DNA of 63,092 nt, filler included, from Reclinomonas americana ATCC 50394 (taxonomy: Eukaryota): the NCBI GenBank assembly GCA_048213135.1. It is 11 parts of 11 records of this genome, joined end to end, with 100 filler letters (N's around TTAATTAATTAA, not from the genome) between each part and the next. Parts side by side here need not be neighbours in the genome. Positions count along the whole stretch, not along the records: positions 1 to 2,779 come from AFZH01017402.1; positions 2,880 to 13,095 come from AFZH01017404.1; 9 more parts are not named here. One strand, 5' to 3'. Made by a program: the position numbers and the translations under genes. Under the pieces are notes generated by a model that saw only the letters and a program-made list of their open reading frames with translations, was not told where the DNA came from and ran no database searches. Positions 1 to 11,943 of the stretch are shown one piece after another; position 1 is the stretch's first letter; each line of letters opens with the position of its first letter.

Positions 1-72
1 ACACGTACACGCACGTAGATGAGACAGTGAGACAGTGAGATGATGAGCACATGCTCAAACACAAACACACAC

Positions 73-683
73 CAATGCCGTCCTTCTGCTTGAGCAGGAA
101 TCCCATCACCAGCATCTCAATGTCCTCCGGTGCAATGCCCAGATCTTCGGCAAACGTCAAAATGCCCGAGTCATGCACTGCATCCTCGTAGCCGCCGCCA
201 CTCGCCGCTGCATTGCATGCATGTCACCACACTGAGGGGTCTTGCACAACCAACCATCCACAGCTCACCCTTGTACTTTTCAAACATGCCCTCTAGTTGT
301 GCCGCATTAATGGAGGGCCGCGCCGCTGGGTACCTTCACACGGGAGAGCGACAACTGTGAGGCACGAGTGCGCACATGATTGACTAAAGTGTGTGTGTTT
401 TTTCTGGCTCAACTTGTGGCTGTTGGTGAAGTAGTAGTCGACAGCCTCGTCGACACGCCAGTTGCACTTTTGTAGCACATCCAGCGCCACACGCTCACTG
501 CAGCAGGCGAGTGAGTGAGCGAGGAGGGGCGAGTCGCAATTTCCAAACACACACACACACGCGCACACACGCAGAGGCACGCAACGTCTGGCCAGTGACG
601 CTCTGCACATCATTCAACGCCTTGCGCTGCGCCGCAGTCATCTTGCCGCCAGCCGCCGCCGCGCTGCTCCCACGCGCGCTCAT
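73..683 (-). CDS. DCN1: DCN1-like cullin neddylation E3 (UBA-like + PONY domain), 3' part outside window
   Basis: Spliced model MSARGSS...VTGQT|ERVALDVLQKCNWRVDEAVDYYFTNSHK|YPAARPSINAAQLEGMFEKYK|...DSGILTFAEDLGIAPEDIEMLVMGFLLK matches the DCN1 UBA-like domain and the start of the PONY domain. Introns 498-585 and 334-413 have GTTGCGT and GTTGAGC donors. Confidence 0.85.
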
Positions 684-747
684 TGTGTTGTGATTGTTGT
701 CCTGTGGCCTCCTGACACTCTCTCTTTTACTACACACACACACACAG

Positions 748-1199
748 ATGTCAGCGGCAGCAGCAGCAGGCGACGACGACGACTACGACCCGATCTACCG
801 ACATGCGTGTTGGGTGGTGTCGCAGAAGCAAGTGGAGAAGCGGCGAGCAACCATTCGCCAGTGCGTCTGTCTGTCACACACACACACACATCCTCTCACA
901 TCCCTGCACACTCCTACTCACTCTCGCTTGTTAGGGTGGCGTCGGTGAGACGAGCACGCGCGGCGGAGACCTTCCGTGCGCGACCCAGTGTGGCCAACAG
1001 TGCGTCTTTCTCTTCACTCTTCTTGTGTGTGTGTGTGTGTGTGTGTCTCACAAGACACGCGCGCACAGTGGAGGCCTCACAACACAAGAACGCCAAGATT
1101 GCGGCGGCTGTGCGACAAGCGCTGTCATCCGACGCCGCTGCGCATGCGCCACCCGAGCGGCATTCAATGAGCCTGGGCGGCGGTGGTGGAGGCCATTAA
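748..1199 (+). CDS. Small hypothetical protein (~95 aa, 3 exons)
   Basis: ATG 748; two GTGCG...AG introns join MSAAAAAGDDDDYDPIYRHACWVVSQKQVEKRRATIRQ|VASVRRARAAETF|LEASQHKNAKIAAAVRQALSS...GGH* in frame. No recognised family. Confidence 0.5.
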
Positions 1200-1239
1200 T
1201 GTACTATGTTGATGATTACGTTCATTTGCTCTCTCTGTT

Positions 1240-2779
1240 TCAGAACTGATCGTCGCTGAAGGCCATGGACGAGGCGTCGTCGTCGCCGTCGAGGAACTTG
1301 TCGAAACTCTCATCGTCTTCGTCGTCATCGTCGTCGAGGGCGAGTCGCGAGGCTGCACCGCCGGTTTTGCCTGCGGCGGCGGCTGGCTTGGGAGGTTCTG
1401 GTGGTGGCTGTGGTTGCGGTGCGCCTGGTCGGCGTACTGCGGACACTGGACGTGCGCGCAGGGTGTTGGGTGGATGCCGGCCTGGTCGACCAATGGGCGA
1501 CGGTGTGGCGTCATCGTCATCGTCGTCGTCGTCGCCCTTGGTGCCGCGTGGTAGACTCGTCGGCAGCTGCATGCCGGCCAGCTTGTTGGGTCGGTGGCCG
1601 AGAGCTTCGTCATCGTCGTCGTCATCATCGTCGTCCAGCTTCAGCGCAGCCATCTTGGAGGCCGACGGAGCTGGCGGTGTTGGGCGCTTTGGCGGCGCAG
1701 CGACTTCGTCGTCGGCGTCCACATCGTGCACGCCGGTCTTGCTGGCCGCCGGTGCTGCTGCTGCTCCAGCTCCACTGCGCACGCGCCGTCCGGATGGTGA
1801 AGGCGCCGGTGCATCGTCGTCGCCACCGACTCCAGGAGCGGTTTTGCGCTGGAAGAATCCACTGCCGCTGTCACCGGTCGGCGGTTTGGACGCAGCCGCA
1901 GCCGGCGGCTTTGGTGCCTCACGCGACTGCTGGTGATGACGGCCATCGTCGTCGTCGTCGCCGTCCAGTTCCACGACCTCGGTCTTGGCATTGGCGCCTT
2001 GAGGGGAGCGCTTCAACCGACCGCGTGAACCACTGCCACCGCCAGCCGAGTTTGGCGGCGACGAGCGCTCGGCATCGCCCGGTACCTGCTTGCGACCAAA
2101 CAGAGGAGCAAGCGGCAACTTGAGTGGCCCTGATGCCGACGACTGCACGTTTTCGTCTGCACACGCACAACATGAGATGGTGGTACACCCACAATTTGTA
2201 CAAGAGACGAGTGTGACGCAACATCGTCGATTGCGCGCCGACAGAGTCTCCTCTGGCACACTCTGCACAATGGCCTTCTTGGTCTCAATGCTCGCCGCCA
2301 GATTCAGCTTGGCATCGTCTGCCGCACGCAGCGTATTACCTGCACCGGTCAGACACACAATCAGTCACGTGCACGTATCATACAAGACAACAACAATGAG
2401 TGACGCACCGACTTCGGTCTCGTCGTCCGAGAGTCCAAAGTCTTCGAGGATCTCCTCGTCACTCTCCTCTTGCACTCGCTTCGGTGGTGGCGGTGGTGCC
2501 TTGGGTGCAACGTCGCTCGCGCTGGAGCGTGTCGCCAGAGGTGGAACTGCGGCAGCAGATCGTGGCTCCTCTTTCTTACTCGCGGCCGCTCCGTCCGTCT
2601 GTTTCGACTCCGCATGCGATGCGAGCGGTCGTATCGAGTCGGCCAACACTGCCGGCGCCGTGCCAACAGGGCGGTTGAGCGGCGGCACAGTCGTCATCTC
2701 CTTGCGCCTCCTCTCGGCTTCCGCAGCCTCTTTCTGCTTCCGCTCGGCTTCCGCAGCTTCCTTTTGCCTCCTCTCCGCC
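1240..2779 (-). CDS. 3' portion of an acidic/Pro/Ala-rich low-complexity protein (possibly the C-terminus of the RPGRIP1L-like gene)
   Basis: Long open frame with EAERKQKEAA repeats, poly-D tracts, two introns (one GTTGCGT donor at 2222), ending SMAFSDDQF*. Truncated by the gap at 2780. Confidence 0.6.
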
Positions 2780-2879
2780 NNNNNNNNNNNNNNNNNNNNN
2801 NNNNNNNNNNNNNNNNNNNNNNNTTAATTAATTAANNNNNNNNNNNNNNNNNNNNNNNNNNNNNNNNNNNNNNNNNNNN
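2780..2879. other. Assembly linker (N-run + TTAATTAATTAA + N-run); same linker at 13096, 14731, 21222, 31109, 37811, 45048, 47029, 60205, 61665
   Basis: 100-nt N spacer carrying a six-frame stop cassette, repeated ten times in the window. Confidence 0.98.
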
Positions 2880-4026
2880 CGAGACCTCGTCATCTTGTGG
2901 CCGTCTGTGCACACACCCGAGTGAGATGCCTATGCGACCAAAGGCACGCGTTGATGCGTTCACGCAACTGGCGACCGCCCTGCAGATCGCGGGCAAGCGC
3001 GTTGATTTCGCGCTGCTGCTCCGCACTGTGCGACTGCAACAACGCAATGTTGTGTCGCAGCAGCTCGACCAGCACATCGCGCCGGTTCGACGACAAGTGC
3101 GCCGCTCGTAGTCTGCGCACACGAACAACAATCAGACCAGGCGATCCGGCGATGCGACAGAAACCGCGTCAACGCACTGCTCCAGCAGCTCATCCGACGA
3201 TGCACCGTCGTACTCGCTGCGATCAAAATCCGGATCGTCATTCGCGTTCGAGCGATACGATCCTGGCGGTTCGCGCGACGTGGCACGTCGCGTGACCACC
3301 TTGTGTTGCTGTGGTACGCTGGAAACCTAGTGTGCGTTCGCGCACCATCAGCTGACACGATCGTCGACATGAGACATGATCGCGATACAAGCGCACCCGT
3401 TTCTCCAGATCCTGCACCTGCTTCCTCAGTGCGCGGTTCTCCGCATTCAGCTGGTCGATGAATGCCTCCACTTCGTGATCCTGATGCCTCGGCGCTGATC
3501 ACAGGAGAGTGAGGTGCCTGCGAGCAAAGACGGGGAGGCAGAGGCCTGTCGATCGATCTCACCATCGGCATTGGGACCTCCAACTCCCTGCTGGTGCGTG
3601 GCACGATACTTTTTGTAATCCTCGGCCAGCTTTGTCAGCTTGTAGTGCATGCTGTGCATCGGGTAAGAGACTGCGCGAGAGACCGAAAGAGAGACTGCGA
3701 GAGACGCAACGTTCGAATGTTCTCGTCTTGCTGATCCAAATGCTCCTGCATCTCACGGTTCTTCTGTGCCATGCTGTGATACATGCCCTCCCAGTCGGTC
3801 ACACCACTGCCCGGTCGGCTGCCAGCTACACCACCACCACCATCGTGTCCGTCAGTGGCGACTCGCGAATCGAAACACCCCTCACTCTCATACACAAACC
3901 TCGTGCAGCGGCTGGCATGACTGCCGATGAGGGAGGTGGTGGTGTGCCCACTGCTGAGGGCCGGTTGCGCCCTGCGCTGCTGGCGCGCGGGGTACCGTTG
4001 GCAGTTCGCGGCGTTGATCGATGCAT
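2880..4026 (-). CDS. RPGRIP1L: RPGRIP1L/RPGRIP1-like ciliary transition-zone coiled-coil protein, N-terminal part
   Basis: Spliced DWEGMYHSMAQKNREMQEHLDQQDENIRT|MHYKLTKLAEDYKKY...GGPNAD|APRHQDHEVEAFIDQLNAENRALRKQVQDLEKRV parallels the RPGRIP1L N-terminus as remembered (QEDKIKRMATKLIRL...DVEMEEMIEQLQ). Start codon uncertain. Confidence 0.6.
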
Positions 4027-4371
4027 GGTGACGATCTACTGCGTACGAGTATGTATGTGCTTGTGCACGCGCGCGTGTATGTATACGAGAGCGTCTCTTG
4101 TTCACTGATACACGCACACACGATCTAAAGAACGAGCTTGCGGTGGACGACGAGTGATCACGAGGGACAGATGCGGTGATGAGTCATCGAGTAACGGTCA
4201 GTTTTCGGACCTCTCTCGGCTCCAAATGTTTGTGCTCCGCCTGCCTGTCAGCTATGGGCTAGAAAGCCAGTCAGCTCTTCTCTAACTTGACGATTGCGGT
4301 GCAAATGACGGGGGCAGGAAAAATAAAAAACCACATCCGATATCGCCCCTATTTGCATTTCGCGACAATTG

Positions 4372-5807
4372 TCATCGCCAGAGCGCATCCCACACTTGCT
4401 TCGTCCACAGCACATCGAGACCGCTGACGAGCGCCAGTGCCGGGAAGGCTGTGACCATGGTGGCTCTCTCGGCGAACAAGGACGACGACGACGACGATGC
4501 AGATGAAGAGGACGACGAATGCATGAGGTCCAGCAGCGGCAGCGGCGAGGCCGACTTGGCGGCGGCCGGCGAGTGAGCCATGCGTTGAGGCGAGACACCG
4601 GCGAGTTGCAGCTTGTGAGCCGCACGTGCCGATGGGCTCGGAGTGGTGGCGGTAACTGCATGCAGTTGCGCGACTCTGCCGGTTTGCGGAGACTTGCGGG
4701 CGGCGGCGGTGGAACGGAAGGCGCGTCGGCAAATGTACCACCACATGCGCGCCCAGTGCACGTCCAACGCGAGCCGGAAGATCATGCACGCCATGGCGAA
4801 CCACTTGGCGGCGCGCTCCCATTGCGGCCTGTGCAAACTGATAAGTCGCAACACGACAACCAACAGGGCATGCTCGCATACCAGTAGCGCGCGGTCCACG
4901 TGGTCAGCATGGTCGACATGGGCAGCACCTCGCTGATGCCGGCCGCGGAGCACAGCGGCAGCAGACGGTGCGTGAGCGCGCAGATCAGGTACACGCCACC
5001 GAACCCAATATGATGTGCCCACAACGAGGCCGCCGGCGGCACCGGTCTGCACACACGCTGCAATGAGCCACACGCAGAAGAAGACAATGAAGAGCACCAC
5101 ATGACCACTCACCGGTTCGGCAGGTAGTCCACGCTCTCATAGACCAGCGTGCCAGCAATGGCGCCGGTGGCAAACGCCGACAATCGCGACGCTCCGTCTC
5201 TCGTCGACCGCAGAGTGCCGCGACGCAACCGACGCGACTGCACAAACGTGGCCGCGCCCAGCACCACCGCCACCGTCGACGACACAAAGCGCACCACCTC
5301 ATGCGCCGTCGACGCACTCATCAGCCCGCCACTCCGCACCCTCGACGAGGTCAGCAGGCGCGTTAGCAGGTGCCCGCCCAACGCCAGTGTCACCGCGCCC
5401 GCGCCTGCTGCCACATACAATGCTCGTCGATCTGGTGCGCCCTCTGTTGCTGCTGCGGCTGCTGCTGCGGCCACCGCGGCCTCTGCACTCTCAAAATCCA
5501 TCGCCAACAGCGACACAGTCTGTCGCGATCGTGAAATCCGTCTTCTCCTCTCTATACTCTCATCATCATCATCGTCGTCGTCATCGTCATCGTCCATGTC
5601 GACGTCTTCGTGGAAGGTGTCGACCTTGTGGTGGTGATAGCCGTTCACAGTCATCATGTTGGTGGGACGTGGAGGCGATGGAGGCACATGCATGAGCGGT
5701 CGGCGTGTGTGTGTAAACTGATCGTGATCGCCGCCGTTCACGCGCAGGCGACCGGTGGGACCAGCGGGTGCAGCAGCAGCTGCGTAGGCTCCCCCACGCA
5801 GAGACAT
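4372..5807 (-). CDS. TLC (TRAM/LAG1/CLN8)-domain membrane protein
   Basis: Several hydrophobic helices, LWAHHIGF (HH motif), GISEVLP, MIFRL and LDVLW near the end; two GT-AG introns; acidic N-terminal tail. Confidence 0.65.
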
Positions 5808-5873
5808 TCTCGTTGTGGGACAATAGCATAAGCAAAGGACGCGCAGCGAAATGCAAGTTTGGTTTCTCTTTTT

Positions 5874-8631
5874 TTATGTGGGATTCCAGCCTCGGAAGGG
5901 GTCGCGCGCTGAGCCACCTGCGACAATGTCGTCGTCGTCGGGGATGCGGGTTCGGTTGCGACGAGCCGAGTTTGGGGCGCTGTTTGAGGCTGGTGCGGCG
6001 GCGGAGGCAGGAGCCGAGGCGGCAGCGGTGGCGGTCCCGGAGGATGCTGGTGCGGCTGCTGAGGGTGCGGCTGCTGATGCTGCAGGTGCTGCAGCAAAGG
6101 TGCTTGGTCGCGCGGTGCGACCACCCCCGGCACCGCCAGCCACGTCGCCTCTGCGCTGCAGCCGTCAGGCGCGGAATGGAGGGAAGTGGGGAGGAAGGTG
6201 GAGGAAAACGCAACTCGTTGGGCATCGGCATGTCCAGCTCACTCAGCAGGTCCACAAAGCGCACTGCACTGCAGACTTCGGTCGAACCTGCACGTGGCGC
6301 AGCCCGAGTGAGCGATTGGTGACTTCTTCAGGAGAAAATAAAGACACATACCGACGATAAAGTCCGTGTCAGACGTGGAGCCAGCGGCGGCGTACACGGC
6401 GCGCAGCTCGGCATACGTGACCGCACCCAGCACAAACACAATCACTCGTTGCGTCTGCGATGGGGTGTCGCGGTTGAGACGCAACTCACGACCATTTGCA
6501 AAAATCATCACCAGTCAACAAACCTGTGGCTTTACGCGGCGACGTGTGGCGGGGCCGGTGGATTCCGGTGGCGTCGTGTACATGCAGTCGGCTGCAGAGA
6601 GCTGGCCCGCGACCGAATCCTACGAGGAGGGGACCAAATGTCAACGAACGGCGACGAGAAAAGAAGGAGTCCACAGCGAGCATCACACCTGCAGCAGCTG
6701 TGCAACAGTGGGCGTGTGGCGATTGAGAATCACAAACTCCTCGCCCGGGCGCCGTGCTTTGCGCAGTTCCCTGGACCGATTGGTCTCCTTCAGCTCGCGT
6801 GTACCCGTCTTGCGATCCGACACCACCACCGGCACGTCAAGGTAGGCCACATTGCGCACGGCGTCTTGCAGCTGCACCACGTGTCAGTCAACCCATGGCA
6901 CACCAGTGCGAGAGCTGAAAGTCAGTACTCACCGCCGTTGGCAACTGCAGCCGGTGCATCAGCTGCATGCGCTGCTCGTCTGTCATTCCGCCGACCACCT
7001 TCATGTAAATCAGAAGCAGCCGCACTTGGTCCACGGGGCTGCCACGATTGAAAAGATCCAACAATGAGCAACCCGCCTTTTCCCGAATCACAGAGACACG
7101 CACACCGCCGCAACTCTGCACCAGCACTGCTGTCAATGACATCGAGTAGCGCCTGATACGGCGACTTGATCTTGCCTCCGTCTGGATCAGCTCCCAAAAT
7201 CAGATCCTCCTCCAGCTGCGCCAGACGGCGGAGACCGCGCCGCCTCTCCGTCTCGATCACATCGTGTGTAATCGACGCCACCACCGTGTACTCGTCCACC
7301 TGCTGGCGGTAGGCGGGCAGAGCGCGCAGCACGGCGAGCATGGACGTCGTCGAGGTCTCCTGCACCGGCGAGTGTTAACTTCAGGAGGGACAGCAAACAG
7401 GAAACAGCACCACGCAACTGGCGTTGGTTGATAGCCGGCGACCTTGTTGCGACTGAGGCCGAGCAGGTAGCTTTGCAGCGGCTCGGCAACGTCGCCCACG
7501 TGCCGATGGCGCATCTGTGTCCACAGCGTGTTCGAATCGCGCAGCAGGCCGCGCACTTTCTTGCCACCCTCGACCGCCACTTCATACACGTCCCCCTTGA
7601 TGTCCAGCAAATCGTAGGCCAGCGATTGCACGTGATAGTCATGATACAGCGGCGACACCACGTCGAAGCGCCTGTCCACAATGATGAGCGTGGCGCGATC
7701 GTTGTTGAACTGGCGGCGACGAATCAATCAGCAAGCACACGCAGACTGGGATGAAAGGGGAAGAAGAAGAGAGACCTTGAATGTCGGCACGTCACTCTTG
7801 TATCGAAGCAGGTTGTTCTCCACCATGGTCGCCACACGACGACTGGTCTCGTCGGTGGCCGTGTACCGAATGAACGGGTTCTCCTTGAGCGAAATGCACA
7901 GCGTGGTGAGCTGCTGCGCAATGTTGGCAACCTCCCGTGCCCTGTGCGCCAGCGCATACTCGCTCTGCGAGTACAGCATGTACATGCTGTGCGGCCGACC
8001 GAGCGAGAACACTCGGCTCTCGACCACCCAAAAGTCCAGATTGAATTCCACTGCACACCGCAGCGAGTGAGACACAAAGAACGCAGCACCTCTCCACGCT
8101 CGCACAGACCGAGATCCGCCAGTCGCTGGGCGGCTCCCGAGGACACCAGCACCTCCAGCACATCATCACTGATGCTTCCCGTGGTGTACACATACGAGGC
8201 TCCATACAGTCGCGTGCGCGTTATATCGGCGGCAATCGCGCGGAACGAGGCTACAGTTGGCGCCACAAAGTACATGGCATCCAAGTCGGGAAACGGTTGC
8301 CGCTGCAGCTCCAGTCGCTCAACAACTGACACACACACACACACACAATGCAATCAACAACAGATTGCATGCACGCACTCTCTCTCTCTCTCACACACAC
8401 ACCTGCCACACGCAAGGCAATGTCATCCATGGTGCATGTGCAGTCGAGAATGCGTGTGGCATACTCGTCGACAATGAGCACGCGATGTGAGCTGCTCGAG
8501 TCGCCCAGCATGTCGTGCAGAATGCGTTCGCGCATCATCTCCCGCAGTTGTCCCTCCACACGCGGGGTGTTGGCGGGCATAAAGTTGGCCGAGGCCAGAG
8601 CCGCAAGTGGGTCCCTGCTCCCCGAGGCCAT
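5874..8631 (-). CDS. SEC1: Sec1/Munc18 family SM protein, paralog A
   Basis: RVLIVDEYATRILD, ERLELQRQPFPDLDAMYFVAPT, ATLIIVDRRFDVVSPLYHDYHVQSLAYDLL, RVIVFVLGAVTYAELRAVY, IVGST; multi-intron; ends RGWNPT*. Confidence 0.93.
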
Positions 8632-8744
8632 CTCTCTCCCTCTCTTATGAGAATCGAATCGCGCGCGCGCGGTCGGAAAAAAACGCCAACTATTTTCACT
8701 TTTGTTGTCTTCCTCCGTGCCACCTGTGGCGCCACCGCAGCTTT

Positions 8745-9987
8745 TCATCTGTACGAGGAGGCGGATTTGGAGTGGATCCATTCCTGCATGCGCTCAAGCT
8801 TTTGCTCGGCGCGTTCCCGTTCTGCGTCGAAATGCAACAGCATGCCTCGCAAGCCGGCCACCTGTGCATATGCATGTATGGATGATGATGAGATAGATGC
8901 CTGGGGCCTCGTCGCTGCTCGCACGAGAGAGCCACGCAACTTGACTGTGTGCATCGGAGAGCTCGCGTTCCAGCAGCTCACAGCGCGATCGCAGCGCGTG
9001 CACCTCGGCATCGCGCTCCTGCAACACGCGCTCAAACTCCACTCGCATGTTCGTCTCGCGCATGTCGAGCTCTCGTCGGGCGTCGGTGAGCGCCGAGGTG
9101 GCGGCGATCTCTCTTGTGCGCATCGCATCATGCAGCTGCGACTGCGTCCGCCGCAGCTCCTCCTCCAGCTGCCCGACACGATCGAGCAGGCGCGTTCGAT
9201 CGGTGCGCACCTCCTGATACACCTGCGCCTGCTTGTTCAACTCAGCCATGCGCGTCGCCGTCTGTGCCTCCGCCTCCAACGCCCGTGCAGTGGCCCGATC
9301 CAGCGCCTCGCGCAGATCCTCCGCCACTCGTCGCAGCGACTGTGTCTCGGCCGACGCGCGCTCGACCTCGCGATGCTGCTCCATGCGCGCTCTCCTCGCC
9401 TCCTCCGCCTGCGCGCGCAACTGCGCCGCCTCCTGATGCAACTGCGTGGTCACTCGCGTGGCATTGTCGCGCGACACACTCACTGCCTCCTGCTCTCGCT
9501 GCAGCGCGGCCACTCGCCGCTCCAGCTCGATCTTGTTCATCTCAAAGGCGATGAACAGCTCGTCAAGGCGCTCGATCGTCGTCTGCGCACACACACAGAG
9601 ACATCAGAATCGCTCTCACAATGCACCGATCGCTCCCGCACAACGCACCTTGTGCGACGAGGTGCGGAAGCCGCCCTCGTGGCGATTCAACAGCGTGATC
9701 AGGTCCTCCTGGTCACAGCGCAAACAAGGGATGAGCGACATGACGTGGACACACACACACACGCACGCGCTCTTTCCACACAGACACACCTGCACCATGG
9801 CCTCTCGCGCTGCGGCCACGGCATGTGGCTGCAAGCGGAGAATCTCGCGTTCGGCGTCGGAAAGACGCGCACGCAATGTCGCCACGTCGACCTCGGCGCG
9901 CGCCAAATCGCTGCGCAGCGTCTCCACCTCGCGCTCCTGTCGCGCCGCAAAGTCGCGAATCACACTCGCCGCACTCTGCTCGTCCAT
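8745..9987 (-). CDS. Coiled-coil hypothetical protein
   Basis: MDEQSAASVIRDFAARQEREVETLRSDL... heptad-rich exons joined by GT-AG introns; ends HSKSASSYR*. Confidence 0.6.
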
Positions 9988-10055
9988 GTCACAAAAAAAG
10001 GCACTTTGATCGTCCGCTGGGGGACTTCAATTGGGGTCATTGACGCGCGACGCGA

Positions 10056-11894
10056 ATGAAGTTTGTGTCGACGCGCGGCGGAGGCTCTCGCGTGAGCTTT
10101 GAGGAGGCGCTTCTGTCGGGTTACGCGCCCGATGGTGGTCTGTATGTTCCGGCCACATGGCCGCGCGTGACTGCAGCGCGTCTGCATCAGTGGCGCGCCC
10201 TCGACTTTCCCGACTTGTGCCTGGCCGTGTTGCGCGTGTTCATCACCGAGAAGGAGGTAACTTGCGGAGGAGTGTGACGGAGGAAAAGAGACGGGCAATT
10301 GACTTGTGTGTGTGAGACAGGTTCCGCGAACAGAGTTGCAGCGCATTGTGGAGGCGGCGGCGGCGACGTTTGAGGAGCCGAGTGTGGTGGTGCCGATCAA
10401 GACCATGAGTGCCAGTGAGCAGCTGCTGGTGGCGGAGCTGTTTGCGGGCCCCACACTCTCGTTCAAGGATGTCGGGCAGCAGATCATGTGCCGCCTGCTG
10501 GACTACTTTGCCACTCGGTATGCATGCATGCATCGGAGAAACTCTTGTCTCGCTTTCGCTCATCTCGTTCATGCCAGGCGAGAGGCGAATCTCACGTTGC
10601 TGGTCAACACCACGGGCGACACGGGTCCGGCCGCCATTCACGGTGCTCTCGGTTCGAAGCGACTGCGCATCTTTGCGTGCTTCCCCGAGGGGCAGGTGTC
10701 GGCGTTGCAGGAGCGGCAAATGACCACGGTCGATGCGCCGAATGTGCACGTGGTCACCTACGAGGGTGCGGGTGACGACATGGACCGGCCCATCAAGAAC
10801 ATGATCCAGGATCGCGCGCTGAAGCGGCGCTACGGTCTCTCCAATGTCAACAGCATCAATCTGGGGCGTGTCGTGGCGCAGGTCGTGCACTATGGTTCGC
10901 GCGCGCACATGTCACAGCATCGTCGGCGACGTGTGTTGCTCACTGGATTGGTGCTCTACAGTGTGGGCCTACTTGCGCGTGCTCGACAAGCACGGCGTCG
11001 ATGCGCGAGTGGTGTTTGCGGTGCCGACGGGCGCCATGGGCAACATCTCGGCCGGCCTCATTGCCCGTCGCATGGGTTTCTTGCCGCAGGTCGAGCGTTT
11101 CATTCTCGGTGTGAATGCCAACGATATTGTGGATCGTGCGGTGCGTCTCGGCGAATTCCACCGTGCCGACCAGATGGTGCGCACCGTGTCCGAGGCCATC
11201 AACACGCAAGTTGCGAACAGGGGGGAAGGGAAAGGCTGGTGCCGGGATGGCGGAGGTTGTGCTGATGCATGAGTACAGGTGCCGTACAATTTCGAGCGTC
11301 TGCTGTACCTGCTGAGTGGCGAGGACTCGTCGCAGCTGCGCTCGTGGATGCAGACCATGGACCGCGTCGGCAAGGTGACCCTCGGCGGCTCCGTGTTGAA
11401 GAACATCCAGTCGGTGATCTCCTCTGTGGCGGTGGGTCTTCTTTCGTGACAATCTCATCGTCGGGAGAGTGTTTGGTTGTGTGTTTTGATCTCGCGACGC
11501 GTTGCAGGTGACCGACACCGAGACGCTGGACACGATTCGTCAGCTGTGGGAAAAGGAGCACTACTTGGCCGACCCGCACACGGCCGTGGGCGTGTGTGCC
11601 GCGCGCCGCGCCAAGGTGCCGTCGACTGTCACCGTGTGCCTGGCCACGGCGCATCCGTGCAAGTTTGAGGAGGCCATTCGACAGGCGCTGGGCGACGCGT
11701 TTTGGGAGGGCGAGATGCAGACGAATCACACGCCGGCACGTGCGCGTGCGGTGATGGAGGCCGCGGTGAATAAGCCGACGCGGTTCGCCTCGGTGGCGGG
11801 CTACGGTGTCGACTTGCCGCGCTCGCAGGTCGAATGGCAGCGCAAGCTGACCGAGCTGGTCGCATCGACGGCACCACTGCGAGCCAAACTATGA
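10056..11894 (+). CDS. THNSL2: Threonine synthase-like PLP enzyme (THNSL2-type)
   Basis: MKFVSTRGG, GYAPDGGLYVP, FAGPTLSFKDVG (PLP Lys), TTGDTGPAA, NSINLGRV, VPTGAMGN, QVPYNFER, DPHTAVG, ATAHPCKF; five GT-AG introns. Confidence 0.85.
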
Positions 11895-11943
11895 ATTCTT
11901 TCGCCAATCTTTCTATACGTTCATTTAGCTTTCGCTGACCTCA

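Noticed and set aside
2824..2835. Recurrent palindrome TTAATTAATTAA
   Set aside because: Always centred in N runs; an artificial six-frame stop linker.
7111..7114. Further possible shifted donors (7114, 23764, 45260, 60531)
   Set aside because: Alternative standard donors or unresolved frames make them ambiguous; not counted.
8515..10059. 514-aa plus-strand ORF and many other long ORFs in the track
   Set aside because: Antisense shadows of GC-rich coding exons; no recognisable domains.
11210..11278. Non-GT (TT) donors as an alternative reading of the shifted sites
   Set aside because: Cutting after the G breaks the frame when AG acceptors are kept (e.g. cathepsin DET|CAPY, ERGIC3 CCNT|CEE); GT-AG fits.
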